Shown one piece after another: positions 47,096-57,404 of a stretch of DNA of 64,000 bases. Position numbers and translations under genes: made by a program. The notes under the pieces are model-generated. The model searched no databases. It worked only from the letters and a program-made list of their open reading frames with translations, and had not been told where the DNA came from. Source of the stretch: Victivallaceae bacterium. GTDB lineage: Bacteria; Verrucomicrobiota; Lentisphaeria; Victivallales; Victivallaceae. Each line of letters starts with the position of its first letter. The first letter of the stretch is position 1. Location: assembly GCA_963664605.1 (NCBI GenBank), contig OY761536.1, forward strand, positions 231,242-295,241. The letters are read 5' to 3'.

Positions 47096-47800
47096 ATGAA
47101 TTTTGAATCGCAATATTATTTTGTTGATATTGATGGCACGCTTACAAATTACCGTTCTGGCTCTATCTCTCCGGATAAAATGCTGCATGGCAATTTCCTC
47201 TTCCCTGTAATCCGCGAAATGATGCTTGAATGCGGCTGGGAAAAACAAAAAGCTGAGGATGCGATTTTAGAACTTGTGACACGTATCCAATTCTGGGACT
47301 ATACTGATTTTATTGCAGAATTTGAACTTCCTGTAGTAAAGACGTTTGAGCAGATGCGACAATGGCATTTCGATAATTTAACTATTTATCCGGAAACCGT
47401 GGAATTGGTAAAGCAGCTTGTTTGTGATGGGAAACAACTATTTGTCATGAGTAATAATCCATATGTGGGATGTATGTTTAAACTTCAAGTTGCCGGACTT
47501 GCGGATGATGATTTTTCTTCGCCTTATTTCCGCCGTGTTTTCGGAACAGTTGCCCTGCGAGGATGTAAGAGTGTGCCTGAGGTCTGGAAACGCGCAATTT
47601 CCCAAATTCCGGCGGATGTCTCAGAGATTGGTGTTATCGGTGACAATCCTCGGGAAGATGGGGAAATTCCACGCTCATTAGGAATAAAAGATACTGTTAT
47701 TATTCCCCGCCCGGAAATTGCACATGGAATTGAAAATACACAAAAACAGAAGCTAACAGAGAGTGAACATTCAACGGCTTCTGTAAAACACCTCAATTAG
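47096..47800 (+). CDS. HAD-superfamily hydrolase/phosphatase
   Basis: FVDIDGTLTNY (DxDxT), VMSNN and GVIGDNPREDG. The start lies 2 nt after the ARH stop. Confidence 0.75.
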   Translation: MNFESQYYFVDIDGTLTNYRSGSISPDKMLHGNFLFPVIREMMLECGWEKQKAEDAILELVTRIQFWDYTDFIAEFELPVVKTFEQMRQWHFDNLTIYPETVELVKQLVCDGKQLFVMSNNPYVGCMFKLQVAGLADDDFSSPYFRRVFGTVALRGCKSVPEVWKRAISQIPADVSEIGVIGDNPREDGEIPRSLGIKDTVIIPRPEIAHGIENTQKQKLTESEHSTASVKHLN

Positions 47801-49271
47801 TGTAACCGGAACGATTCAGCACAAAAGCATCATGGTCCTGAAACATCAGGCTGTCATTTGGATTTTCAAGGTAACTTTCGTCATAAAGGGGATATTTTTT
47901 CCACTCAAGTCCCGATTCTGTTTCCACATAAGCATTTTTTGCGTTTTCAGATTTTAGATATTCAAGTAAAGGTTGTTTCATGCTTTCTTTAATTGGCAGA
48001 TCAGCTTTATTATTTGTTTCCTGCGGATCATTGATCCGGTCAAAGAGAAATTCTTTGTCATCACCGGCTGAATAAAAATATTTCCATTCCCGGTTAACTG
48101 CCATGTAAATCCCTGTCTCACCTTCACTATATTGAGAAAATACTGTTTTACGTTCACAATTTCCATCAGCAACTTGCGCCATGTCTTCGCCATCCAATTC
48201 AACATCTGACAAGTCTGTTCCTGCTGCTGACCCGATAGTTGGAAAGACATCAACCAAACTTACTGCTTGTTCGCAAATCCCCCCCATTTTAAAACGTTCA
48301 GGATAACGTATAATCATTGGCACTTTTGAAGACGCATCATGCATGCTTCGTTTCCCGAAGCAATTGTAATCGCCAAGATATTCACCATGATCAGAAGCAA
48401 AAATAATTAATGTGTTGTCCAACTCGTTGCTATGCTCCAAAGCTTCAAGTATACGTCCAATCTGGTAATCCACAAACGATATTGTGGCATAATAATAAGC
48501 TTTTATATTACGCATCAGGTTGTTGTCGATTCCGTAATCGCGATATTTGTAACGGTTTTGTCTGTGGTTGATCCATGTATGCAGTGAAGTACTGGCATCC
48601 GGCACTTCCGGCAAAGGCATGTCAGGCGCACGATACAGTTTGTGCCACGGTTTTGGCGGCGCGAATGGCGGATGCGGATGAATAAAACTCGAAAACAACA
48701 TCCATGGCTTTTCTTTTCCAGACTGTTCATGAATGAAATCAACGCTACAGTCTCCAATCCAATTACTGGGATGATCTTTCTCTGAATGCAGCGATATTTG
48801 CGGTATATAATACATCTCTCCACGCGTCCCCTGTGGCTCATCAAAATCATAACCGTTATCCTGCAGCCACTTGCAATAGTCATCCTCTTCAGGATTTGAA
48901 CAGCATTCTTCTTGTATCAATCGCTGTTGAAAACCTCGCATCGCCTGCTTGTCAGGCGTAAAATGACATTTGCCGATAGCTTTAGTCATGTAACCATTTC
49001 TATTCAGCACCCCTGGGATAGAATTGCCATTGTCAGGCGGCATAGTTCCATTATGGGCAAGTCCGGTTTTCTGGGGATAAAGGCCATAATGCATACAGCA
49101 TCTGGCAGAAACACAAACAGGTGATGGAGAATAACAACTGGTAAAAGCTGTTCCTTCTTTGACGAGGCGGTCAAGGTTGGGAGTTTTTATAACTGGGTTT
49201 CCCAGTGCGTGAATGGTATCCGCACGCTGCATGTCAGTAAAAATCAACAGTACATTAGGTTTATCGTTCAT
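47793..49271 (-). CDS. S1-family sulfatase with the atypical active-site motif C-V-S-A-R
   Basis: NVLLIFTDMQRAD, SPSPVCVSARCCMHYGLYP and IFASDHGEYLG. The ATG at 49271 was chosen because the upstream extension lacks homology. Confidence 0.8.
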   Translation of the reverse strand: MNDKPNVLLIFTDMQRADTIHALGNPVIKTPNLDRLVKEGTAFTSCYSPSPVCVSARCCMHYGLYPQKTGLAHNGTMPPDNGNSIPGVLNRNGYMTKAIGKCHFTPDKQAMRGFQQRLIQEECCSNPEEDDYCKWLQDNGYDFDEPQGTRGEMYYIPQISLHSEKDHPSNWIGDCSVDFIHEQSGKEKPWMLFSSFIHPHPPFAPPKPWHKLYRAPDMPLPEVPDASTSLHTWINHRQNRYKYRDYGIDNNLMRNIKAYYYATISFVDYQIGRILEALEHSNELDNTLIIFASDHGEYLGDYNCFGKRSMHDASSKVPMIIRYPERFKMGGICEQAVSLVDVFPTIGSAAGTDLSDVELDGEDMAQVADGNCERKTVFSQYSEGETGIYMAVNREWKYFYSAGDDKEFLFDRINDPQETNNKADLPIKESMKQPLLEYLKSENAKNAYVETESGLEWKKYPLYDESYLENPNDSLMFQDHDAFVLNRSGYTN

Positions 49272-49378
49272 TGTATCACCAAATATTATTTTAAGATTTA
49301 ATCTACTATTGATTTTATACCTTAATTGTGTTAATATCAATATAAAAAAGAGACTATAAATATTGTTTTAAGATTATT

Positions 49379-50242
49379 ATGCAAAAATTAGCACTACAAA
49401 AAATTAATCCTGTTATTCGCGGAGCCAATTACTCTTCAATGAATCCGCTCCGTTTTGGTCCTAGAATTAACTACGGTTACCAGTTATTCTATGTATTTAA
49501 AGGGACTGGAACGGGCCGGATAAATGAAAATAATTTTGGATTGTATCCGGGAACGTTTGCTCTTTACGGCCCGGGAGACGTTCATGAATTCAAAAGCTTC
49601 AGCCATGAAACAATGACTTTTGCAACGATATATTTTTCATGGCATAAAGTTGACGTAAAACGCATGGCGACAAGCAATAAAAATGTAGCAGAGCTAAGTG
49701 ATGAATATTGGCGTTTAGCTGATCCTAAAGCATCTGTTGAAGGACTTCCTGCAATTCCATTTGTTTTAGAAATACCCCAAAGTGAATGTATGACAATTGA
49801 GAAATTGCTCCATGAAACCGGTCGCGGCTTCAGAAGGTCTAATAGTCCTTTACAACAGCTCAAATACAGGTCTGCATTACTGGCAATAATCTATGAGTTA
49901 ATAAAACTTAATCAACATAAATCAGGCTGCGTGGAACACCATCTTATACGCCGTTTCAGGGAATATATAGACGAACACTATTTTAACGGGCTTAAACGCA
50001 ATGACGTTAGCAGTTTTTTATGTATAAGCGAAAGCTACCTGACTACCTTGCTTCGTAAAGAACTTGGCACAAACTTTACTGATTATTTAACCAGAATACG
50101 TATGCAAAAAGCAATGGAGCTACTTCAATACAGCAATCTCAGCATAAAAGAAATTTCTGTTGCTATAGGTTTTCGCGACTATAATTATTTCATAGCCCGC
50201 TTCCGTCAACTCCATTCTAAACCACCTGGAGCATTTAGATAA
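49379..50242 (+). CDS. AraC family transcriptional regulator
   Basis: Cupin-like N-terminus and a C-terminal double HTH (FLCISESYLTTLLRKELGTNFTDYL ... VAIGFRDYNYFIARFRQ). Confidence 0.85.
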   Translation: MQKLALQKINPVIRGANYSSMNPLRFGPRINYGYQLFYVFKGTGTGRINENNFGLYPGTFALYGPGDVHEFKSFSHETMTFATIYFSWHKVDVKRMATSNKNVAELSDEYWRLADPKASVEGLPAIPFVLEIPQSECMTIEKLLHETGRGFRRSNSPLQQLKYRSALLAIIYELIKLNQHKSGCVEHHLIRRFREYIDEHYFNGLKRNDVSSFLCISESYLTTLLRKELGTNFTDYLTRIRMQKAMELLQYSNLSIKEISVAIGFRDYNYFIARFRQLHSKPPGAFR

Positions 50243-50466
50243 TAAAGTCAACTTTTATTCCGCTTTGCTCACGGTTTCATAACATTATTATAATTTTTAT
50301 CATTAGCTTGATGTGTAAATATCAATATTCAAAACAGCAAGTAGCGTTTGATTAAACGCAATAAAACTTGTACACAGCTTATATAGATAATTCTACCAGT
50401 ATATCTTGATTGACAATTACATTTTAATATATGAACAATTCTTTCCCCAAATAAAGATTTGTGGTT

Positions 50467-51864
50467 TTATAGTTTTCGTCCCTCGAGAAGTTGGGTTTTT
50501 ATCCAGTCATTCGTCAGTTTGTCGCCGGTATTTTCCATCCAGGCATATAAGCGTTTGCGAAAATCCGCAAGTTCATGGGAGAAGGCTTCATCCGAAGCAA
50601 GATTTTTCAATTCATAAGGATCATTTTCGAGGTTATATAATTCATCCCGGTCGGTTGCGTTCCAAATATATTTCCATTTGCCGTCAGTTATCATTCGTTG
50701 ACTGAACTGTCCGAACTGGTTGCCGTTCCAACTGCAGAAAATATCATTCCTGACAGGGGTTTCATCTCCCAGCATAGCCGGCAGCAGGCTGATCCCGGAA
50801 AATGTTTCCGGTTTTTCCAGTCCGTATAGATCAATATAAGTTGCAGGCAAATCAATTGAATTGGATACAAAACCCTTGTGGCGGGTTTCGCCTTTAATTC
50901 CATCAGGCCAACGCATTATCAGGGGGACACGGCATACATCGTCATACATTATGTAATGTTTGTCGAGCATTCTGTGTCCGCCGATCATATCGCCGTGATC
51001 GGCTGTATAAATAACAAGTACCTCGTCAGCTATTCCAAGTCTGTCGAGTTCATCAAGGATTCTGCCGATTTGCGCATCCAGCAGACTGATTTCGCCCAGA
51101 TAACGAGAAACTACCGGAGCCCAGTCATCCCAGGTAAAATTTTCAACGCCCCAAGTACGGAGTTGCTGTTCCTGTATGTACGGTTTGTTTTTGAAAGTGT
51201 CGCCGAAACTGCCCCATGGTTCAATACACTCCGGGGGATACATTGAATTGTAAGGTTCAGGAACGATATTCGGCAAATGTGGTTCAACCGTATCCATATT
51301 GATATAAAACGGTTTTCCGCCTTCGACCCTTTCCCTTAGTCTTTCAATTACATTATCGCAGGTCCATGAGAGTTTTGATTCTTCCGGCGTGATGTACGGG
51401 TCGGAATTGCCGAACCATTTGCCATGCGAAGGCTGTGGAGGAATTCCCTTGTCTTTTCTCCACTTGTAATATTTGCCGTCGCTCAGGAAAGTATCAAAGC
51501 CGTAGTCGGTCGGCTCGGCCCGGTTATTTACATGCCACCTGCCGAAAAAATCCAATGTCATTCCGTTGCGGGATAAAATACGCGGGAACACGGTTGCTTT
51601 CGTGTCCAGCGTCTTAGAGCATTCGCCGTCAAAATTGCAGATTGTACCATGCTGCTGCGGCCATTGTCCGCACAGATATGAAGTCCGGGTTGGCACACAA
51701 AGCGGGGTCGGGGTATAGGCGTTTTCAAAAAATATGCCTTCATTCGCCAGTCTGTCCATGTTAGGGGTTTTAACAAGTGGATGCCCTGTAATTCCCATGC
51801 AGTCAAAACGGTGCTGGTCTGACTCGATGAATATTATTCCACGTGGAGAATTGGACGATTTCAT
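50467..51864 (-). CDS. S1-family sulfatase
   Basis: IIFIESDQHR, TPTPLCVPTRTSYLCGQWP (CxPxR) and IYTADHGDMIG. Confidence 0.88.
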   Translation of the reverse strand: MKSSNSPRGIIFIESDQHRFDCMGITGHPLVKTPNMDRLANEGIFFENAYTPTPLCVPTRTSYLCGQWPQQHGTICNFDGECSKTLDTKATVFPRILSRNGMTLDFFGRWHVNNRAEPTDYGFDTFLSDGKYYKWRKDKGIPPQPSHGKWFGNSDPYITPEESKLSWTCDNVIERLRERVEGGKPFYINMDTVEPHLPNIVPEPYNSMYPPECIEPWGSFGDTFKNKPYIQEQQLRTWGVENFTWDDWAPVVSRYLGEISLLDAQIGRILDELDRLGIADEVLVIYTADHGDMIGGHRMLDKHYIMYDDVCRVPLIMRWPDGIKGETRHKGFVSNSIDLPATYIDLYGLEKPETFSGISLLPAMLGDETPVRNDIFCSWNGNQFGQFSQRMITDGKWKYIWNATDRDELYNLENDPYELKNLASDEAFSHELADFRKRLYAWMENTGDKLTNDWIKTQLLEGRKL

Positions 51865-54800
51865 TATGAATTCCTTCTTTACGAGTTTCCCCCAGGGTAT
51901 TTATTTTAATACTTCCCCCGGGTGTAGGTATATTGGCTTGAATTCTTATATCTGATTGCATAGCATCGTTTATATAGGAACTGAAACCAGGCTTATACGG
52001 TTTTATTCCTGCAAGAGCAGAAAAATAGAAATATACAGGAAGAGCCGACCAGCCATGACAAAGGCTCCCTGCCTTCCCAAAAGCCTCCGCGCCTTCGCTT
52101 GTTTCCCAAAAAGAAGTGGCTCCGGCAGAGAGCATTTCGCCCCAGATATCCGCAATTAATTTAAAAACCAGATCGCCGTATTTTTTTTGTTCTGAAAGCA
52201 AGGCTTCAAATTTGAAAAATGACTGACTTAGCGTAAGCGGAACCAGGCTGGATTTGTCCGAGGCCAGTTTTTCTAACAAAATGCTCCGGCAGCCTGGAGG
52301 TAAAGCATTCGTAATCAACGCAAGGGACTGGCTCATTTCAGAGAAGCAATAACGTCCCGTTGGTGTGCCAGAAATAAAAAATGCTTTTTGCCGGTCGTCC
52401 CAGAAAGTTGCGGCTATCGCTTCCCGGCAGCATTTGCCCGCAACAATGCATTGTTCGGCAAACACATTGTCCTGACAATATTCGGCAATTTCAGCGCTGG
52501 CATCCAGAGCCATAACAAAAAATAAATTCAGCGGAGATTCGAACTCTTTGCCGTTGCTTTTTTTCATAGTGAATGAGCCTTCCGGCAAAAGACCGTTGAC
52601 TCCTGGAGCCCAATCATAAAAATGCCAATAGCCTTCTCCTGACGGTAGTGGCAGCAAACTATTTGCTACTTCCTCCAACCTTAGTTTTATGATAATTTTG
52701 ATGATCTTCAGCCATTTTGAAATATGTCCATCAGGATCTCCGGCATAAAGCAGATAATCCCTGACCATCAATATCCAGGCAAAGGTAAAAGACGGTATGC
52801 GTACGGCAATTTTAGCCGGGGCGCAAAGCTCCAGCCATGCGTCCTCTCTGATTGAATTTCCAAGCAGGCCGATTGAGGCTGCAGGGAATTCATATTCTCC
52901 AAAACAATAATATCCGCACAGGGCTTGCAAACGGGCATCGTTGGCATAAAGAGCCTGTTCCCGCCATGGCGTGTCTTCATAATGCTCATGCATGCACAAA
53001 CGCAAGGTATGAACTGCTGTCTGGTATATTTTTTCGTGAAGCGGATCATCAATCACCATATTTCCTCTTTCCGCGACTGGATATATACATGGAACCAGAC
53101 CCGCATAGTGTAATTTAAATTCACAGCCCGGTTTATGGATGTGCAATTGCAGATATCGCCCGCTCCAGCGGGTGAAATAGTGAGTAAAAAGATTATGTCC
53201 TTCCCGGCATATATAACCGGATGCAAAATTTCGTCCTGAGATAAAGGAACGTACCCGTTGGTCATCCAGATGTTGGCCATAGGCAATTTCAACGACAGTG
53301 CCTTCATCCGCTTCAATATCAATTTTGGGAAAACCGCACGTTTCAGAGCCGAAATCAAAGATCAGGTATATTCCGTCAGCATTATTGGGAATCCCGGCAA
53401 TATTAAATTTTATTCCATGAGGGGATGGTACAATATATTCAGAATTTGTATTGTTTTCAGTAATAAATAAATCTTGTGCCGGCAGCTCCATAAGCAAATC
53501 CCGATACATTGCCTCGGCACACAATGAAGTTTTCTTCGAACGCTGAAAAAAACCTTGAGCAATAATCCGGGATGAAGCTACTTTCTCAATGATAGTCTTT
53601 TTGACCGGGCGGGCTGTTAATGGGTGAAGCTGTCTTCGGACGCAAAAATCATTTTCTTTTATTTGATGCCATTGTTCATCGTCTTCTTCTGCTTTGCAGG
53701 CGTTGTACTCAAAGACAAAACCCATTTGCGGCGAAATTCTTGGTATTACTCCTTGCTGGTAGCCTTTTTCGACTTTGTAAAGGGTATCAAGCCCGCTATT
53801 GATGTTTTCCCTCCCGGATTTTAGTGCATAAATCAAACCAGGATGCCCCTTAAGCGAAATAGAACAGTCAATTCCGCGCCAGTAATGAAGAATCATAAGA
53901 GAATTTTCACCTTTTGCCAGGAATTCGCCAACAGTCAGAGAATCGTATGTTTTTTCTTCTGGAAAATCGGGAAACTGTCCACAATCAATGAACTTTCCAT
54001 TCAACCATACGGCATAATCCGAATCCGCGCTGATGTAAAGTTTAGCAGCGGAATCGACTTCGCTAAGTTTAAAATTATGCTTGAAACGCATAAAGCTGTT
54101 GGGTTCGGAAAATTGCCCGGGATAAATCCACTTTGCCTGCATCGGGCCAATATCATAACAGATATTAGTGTGATTGGTAAAATCATTCTTTGAGTGATTG
54201 AAGAAATAACCTGACTTTCTCATAATGTTTACAGAATCAAAAAACTCATCATTTTTTTCTGCCAGTTTTCTTTTGAGAGTTTGCTGCAATTGTTTTTGAA
54301 CTGTGGCATATTCAGGCAACTGGCACAAATTATTCATTTGTTCAGGATCTTTTTCATTGTCAAACAACAGCCATGGTCCATCAAGCGACTCTGTATAGGT
54401 ATATCTCGAATTACGCACTCCCCTGTATTCTCTGCCGCCAATATTTCTCGGCCACTGACCGAACGGTACAAAAGAACAGAGCAGAGCCGTTCCGTCATCA
54501 GGCATTTCAGCGCCCTTCATATACCCGGAATAGTCCAATCCATCAAACTTGAGCGAATGTTCAATTCCGCAAAGTCCTAATAATGACGGAAGAATGTCTG
54601 GTGCGTCAATCAAGGCATCCAGATTTTGACCGGCTTTCAGTTGGGCGGGATAGCGAATCAAAAATGGAACCCGTACGGATTCGTCATAAGGCTGCTGTTT
54701 TTTACGCGCGCCATGTGAACCAAGCATATCTCCATGGTCAGATGTGAAGACAAATATAGTATTTTCCCTGATTCCCTGTTGTTCAATACAATCAAGAAGT

Positions 54801-55501
54801 AAATCAAGACAATTATCCAGGGCGGCAATATGGGCGTAATAGCCTGCCAGTTCTTTTGCCGCGAGGGCAGCATCCTCAGCAGGGACATTAGCGCGCAGTA
54901 TTATATCCCGGTCTGTATATTTTTCCCGGTATTTTTCCGGGGCGGTATCATAAGGGGCATGAGGAGGCCCCCATGACAAAAACAGACAAAAAGGATTATT
55001 TCCCCCCTGTTTATTAATAAAATTTACAGCGTCTTCTGTCTGGGCTAAAGCATCGTATCCTTCCCATTGCTGTAGCTGAGGAGTGTCTGCATAGTAAAAA
55101 GACTTGTTGTAGTCATGGGTACATTCAAGCACTTTCCAATAATCAAAACCATGCCGTCGTTCTTTTGGGATAAAACTTTCTCTGCCGTGCCCGTCAACAT
55201 GCCATTTGCCAATATAAGCCGTGTCATAACCGGCATCTTTAAAGATTTCACCAGCCGCAGGCAGGGACGGATCAAGCGGCATGTCGTTCACAATCAGCCC
55301 GTGATTTAACGGGTAAAGCCCGGTCAGCATACTGGCGCGCCATGGCGTGCATACGGGACATCCGGACACTGCATTGGTAAAATTAACGCTTTCTTCAGCA
55401 AGCTGGTCGAGGCATGGCGTTATAGCGTTGACATCGCCGTTATAACCGGTTGCCTGAGCCCGCCATTGGTCGGCAAATACAAAAATAACATTAGGCTTCA
55501 T
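51803..55501 (-). CDS. Fusion of an N-terminal S1 sulfatase and a C-terminal GH78-like alpha-L-rhamnosidase ((alpha/alpha)6 six-hairpin)
   Basis: Sulfatase part: VIFVFADQWRA, CPVCTPWRASMLTGLYP and VFTSDHGDMLG. GH78-like part: AKWIYPG ... LYISADSDYAVWLNGKF, TPWREQALYANDARLQ, GATSFWETSEG and SLCHGWSALPVYFY. Confidence 0.75.
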   Translation of the reverse strand: MKPNVIFVFADQWRAQATGYNGDVNAITPCLDQLAEESVNFTNAVSGCPVCTPWRASMLTGLYPLNHGLIVNDMPLDPSLPAAGEIFKDAGYDTAYIGKWHVDGHGRESFIPKERRHGFDYWKVLECTHDYNKSFYYADTPQLQQWEGYDALAQTEDAVNFINKQGGNNPFCLFLSWGPPHAPYDTAPEKYREKYTDRDIILRANVPAEDAALAAKELAGYYAHIAALDNCLDLLLDCIEQQGIRENTIFVFTSDHGDMLGSHGARKKQQPYDESVRVPFLIRYPAQLKAGQNLDALIDAPDILPSLLGLCGIEHSLKFDGLDYSGYMKGAEMPDDGTALLCSFVPFGQWPRNIGGREYRGVRNSRYTYTESLDGPWLLFDNEKDPEQMNNLCQLPEYATVQKQLQQTLKRKLAEKNDEFFDSVNIMRKSGYFFNHSKNDFTNHTNICYDIGPMQAKWIYPGQFSEPNSFMRFKHNFKLSEVDSAAKLYISADSDYAVWLNGKFIDCGQFPDFPEEKTYDSLTVGEFLAKGENSLMILHYWRGIDCSISLKGHPGLIYALKSGRENINSGLDTLYKVEKGYQQGVIPRISPQMGFVFEYNACKAEEDDEQWHQIKENDFCVRRQLHPLTARPVKKTIIEKVASSRIIAQGFFQRSKKTSLCAEAMYRDLLMELPAQDLFITENNTNSEYIVPSPHGIKFNIAGIPNNADGIYLIFDFGSETCGFPKIDIEADEGTVVEIAYGQHLDDQRVRSFISGRNFASGYICREGHNLFTHYFTRWSGRYLQLHIHKPGCEFKLHYAGLVPCIYPVAERGNMVIDDPLHEKIYQTAVHTLRLCMHEHYEDTPWREQALYANDARLQALCGYYCFGEYEFPAASIGLLGNSIREDAWLELCAPAKIAVRIPSFTFAWILMVRDYLLYAGDPDGHISKWLKIIKIIIKLRLEEVANSLLPLPSGEGYWHFYDWAPGVNGLLPEGSFTMKKSNGKEFESPLNLFFVMALDASAEIAEYCQDNVFAEQCIVAGKCCREAIAATFWDDRQKAFFISGTPTGRYCFSEMSQSLALITNALPPGCRSILLEKLASDKSSLVPLTLSQSFFKFEALLSEQKKYGDLVFKLIADIWGEMLSAGATSFWETSEGAEAFGKAGSLCHGWSALPVYFYFSALAGIKPYKPGFSSYINDAMQSDIRIQANIPTPGGSIKINTLGETRKEGIHNEIVQFSTWNNIHRVRPAPF

Positions 55502-57393
55502 TTATTTTTCTCGTTTTTTAAAAACTTTGTTTCCAAAGGAAGTGGTATTGGATTTTTCCTATTTCCATTATAACACATGTCGTCTGAAATTTCTATACCT
55601 AAACTTACTCCCCAGGATTTATTATGGTTAAGGGCTAGGGCAAACACAAACTGATTCTTCCCTTTTTGCAAATCGACAATAAGCTTTTGCCTCGCAGGAA
55701 CAAGCGGATTACTTCCATTTTTGTCAGTAAAGATATCTTTTCCGTTGAAGAAAAATTTTACCGGACCGTCGTAACCAAGCAATAAAGTAAGTTTTATCTG
55801 TTCCGGAACAATATATGCCGTTCTAAAAAAACGGACAGCCTCTTTGTCTGGAACTGATGCCCTGTCCGCGGGGACTACTCCGAAACTGCTCTGTACCGGT
55901 GTGGAATAAGAAAGGTTTAAAGAATTTTTATACATAACCTTATCAATATCTTCATCGCCGAAAAGCGGTTCGCTGACCTCCATAAAACTTGTGAAAGCCT
56001 TTTTAAAGAGATTATTCTTTTTATATACCGGGTATGGGGCAAATGCCGGAATCGAACGTCCTGCTTCGTCGGTGATATTGCAGTATGGGTTCGTTCCATA
56101 GCCATAAGATATATATGATATCCCTTTCCAGTGTGGGCAATGGAGAATTACTTTATCATCTTTTAATTCAGTATTAAAGCTGAAGTCAGAAGATACACAA
56201 TTAAAAGAAAAACCATTAGGGCGTGATCCTGAAACCAAAGAGCCAACTACATTTTTGAATGATATTTCCACCTGTTTTTCAGAAAATTCCAGATGGTCTA
56301 CAATACATACGGATTTTAACTCAATTGGCGGCGGCAATGAATTTTTATCATTATTAATAGTTATAACAGCTTCGGCAAGGCGGCGGCCAAGTATATTTTG
56401 TGATTTTCCGCATAGGTGAATATGGTCATCAAGCTCGAGGTCAATAGCGGGAACAGTTAGAAGATTTTTAATACGGGTGTGCATTGTTCTCTGAATTTCG
56501 CGAATTACAGTCCACATGGAGTCCAGTCGTTCGTTTCCGTAAACCAACCGCGCAAGCTGTACTTGAATAAATGGCATTTCGGGGTAATTAAAGTCATTCC
56601 TGAGGTTTTTGACAAAATTTTGCATTCTTCTTGCGAAAAGGGAAGCATCGTGCTGGTTTGTTTCGCTGCAGCCTTGATACCAGATCATGCCGGAAACCAG
56701 TCCGCCGTTGAGATTGACACGGTGAAGCATTGCTCCATAAAGAGAATCAGTTCCTGTTTTTTTCAGTTCAGGGCTCCATTGAGTCATTGAAGAACCGCCA
56801 TGAGCACAGGCTATTATCCCCTGTGGTATTCCAGTCATTTTGTAGAGCTCATTGGCAAACGCGACTCCGGGACCGGTCCCTTTATCAAAAGGGTCTTTCC
56901 ATTTCATGATCTTGTCAGGTTTCTTCTCGGGCAGAATATTCCAATGTGCGTCAAATTCTGACATCTGAGGTACAATAACCGGGTCTTTCGCATATCCCCA
57001 TCGTTCTTCCATATAATAAGCGCGAACCATTGGAGATGAATTCTTGTATGCATTAATTAGCTTGCCGCGCCCCTGCATGTTGGATTGTCCGCCGAGTATC
57101 CACACGTCGCCGACTAAAATATTTTTTATCTGGAGAGACTCTTCTCCTATCTGCAATTTGAGATTATAAGGACCGCCAGTTTCCAGTCCTTTGAGTATCC
57201 CATTGAAGGAGCCGTTTTCAGCCTTGCCAACTTTAACCGCATTAAAGCCTTCAATAATTTTATCTTCAGCATTTCTTACGGTGGCAATTATCTTTCCTGC
57301 CTGAGAGCATTTCCCGCCAAATGGTTGTTCGCTTACGTTTAAACGATTTCTTCTAATTACCATGTTGTTGGAAAAGCCTGTTAAGATTTTCAT
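55498..57393 (-). CDS. Sialate O-acetylesterase (SASA/SGNH-like) family protein
   Basis: GDVWILGGQSNMQGRG, GIIACAHGGSSMTQW and MIWYQGCSETN. ATGA overlap with the downstream gene. Confidence 0.8.
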   Translation of the reverse strand: MKILTGFSNNMVIRRNRLNVSEQPFGGKCSQAGKIIATVRNAEDKIIEGFNAVKVGKAENGSFNGILKGLETGGPYNLKLQIGEESLQIKNILVGDVWILGGQSNMQGRGKLINAYKNSSPMVRAYYMEERWGYAKDPVIVPQMSEFDAHWNILPEKKPDKIMKWKDPFDKGTGPGVAFANELYKMTGIPQGIIACAHGGSSMTQWSPELKKTGTDSLYGAMLHRVNLNGGLVSGMIWYQGCSETNQHDASLFARRMQNFVKNLRNDFNYPEMPFIQVQLARLVYGNERLDSMWTVIREIQRTMHTRIKNLLTVPAIDLELDDHIHLCGKSQNILGRRLAEAVITINNDKNSLPPPIELKSVCIVDHLEFSEKQVEISFKNVVGSLVSGSRPNGFSFNCVSSDFSFNTELKDDKVILHCPHWKGISYISYGYGTNPYCNITDEAGRSIPAFAPYPVYKKNNLFKKAFTSFMEVSEPLFGDEDIDKVMYKNSLNLSYSTPVQSSFGVVPADRASVPDKEAVRFFRTAYIVPEQIKLTLLLGYDGPVKFFFNGKDIFTDKNGSNPLVPARQKLIVDLQKGKNQFVFALALNHNKSWGVSLGIEISDDMCYNGNRKNPIPLPLETKFLKNEKNK

Positions 57394-57404
57394 AAAAATA
57401 TCCT

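Noticed and set aside
50243-50466. An AT-rich intergenic region plus the 99-aa ORF at 50406-50705, considered as a hidden small gene or mobile-element end.
   Set aside because: The ORF mostly overlaps the 3' end of the sulfatase on the opposite strand, and no inverted repeats or transposase remnants are visible.
51803-51864. The 62-nt overlap between the sulfatase-GH78 gene end and the next sulfatase start was considered as a frameshift or pseudogene sign.
   Set aside because: Both ORFs are intact with complete motif sets. The downstream start cannot move inward without deleting the conserved IIFIESDQHR metal-binding block. It is kept as a real (if unusual) overlap and noted in the findings.
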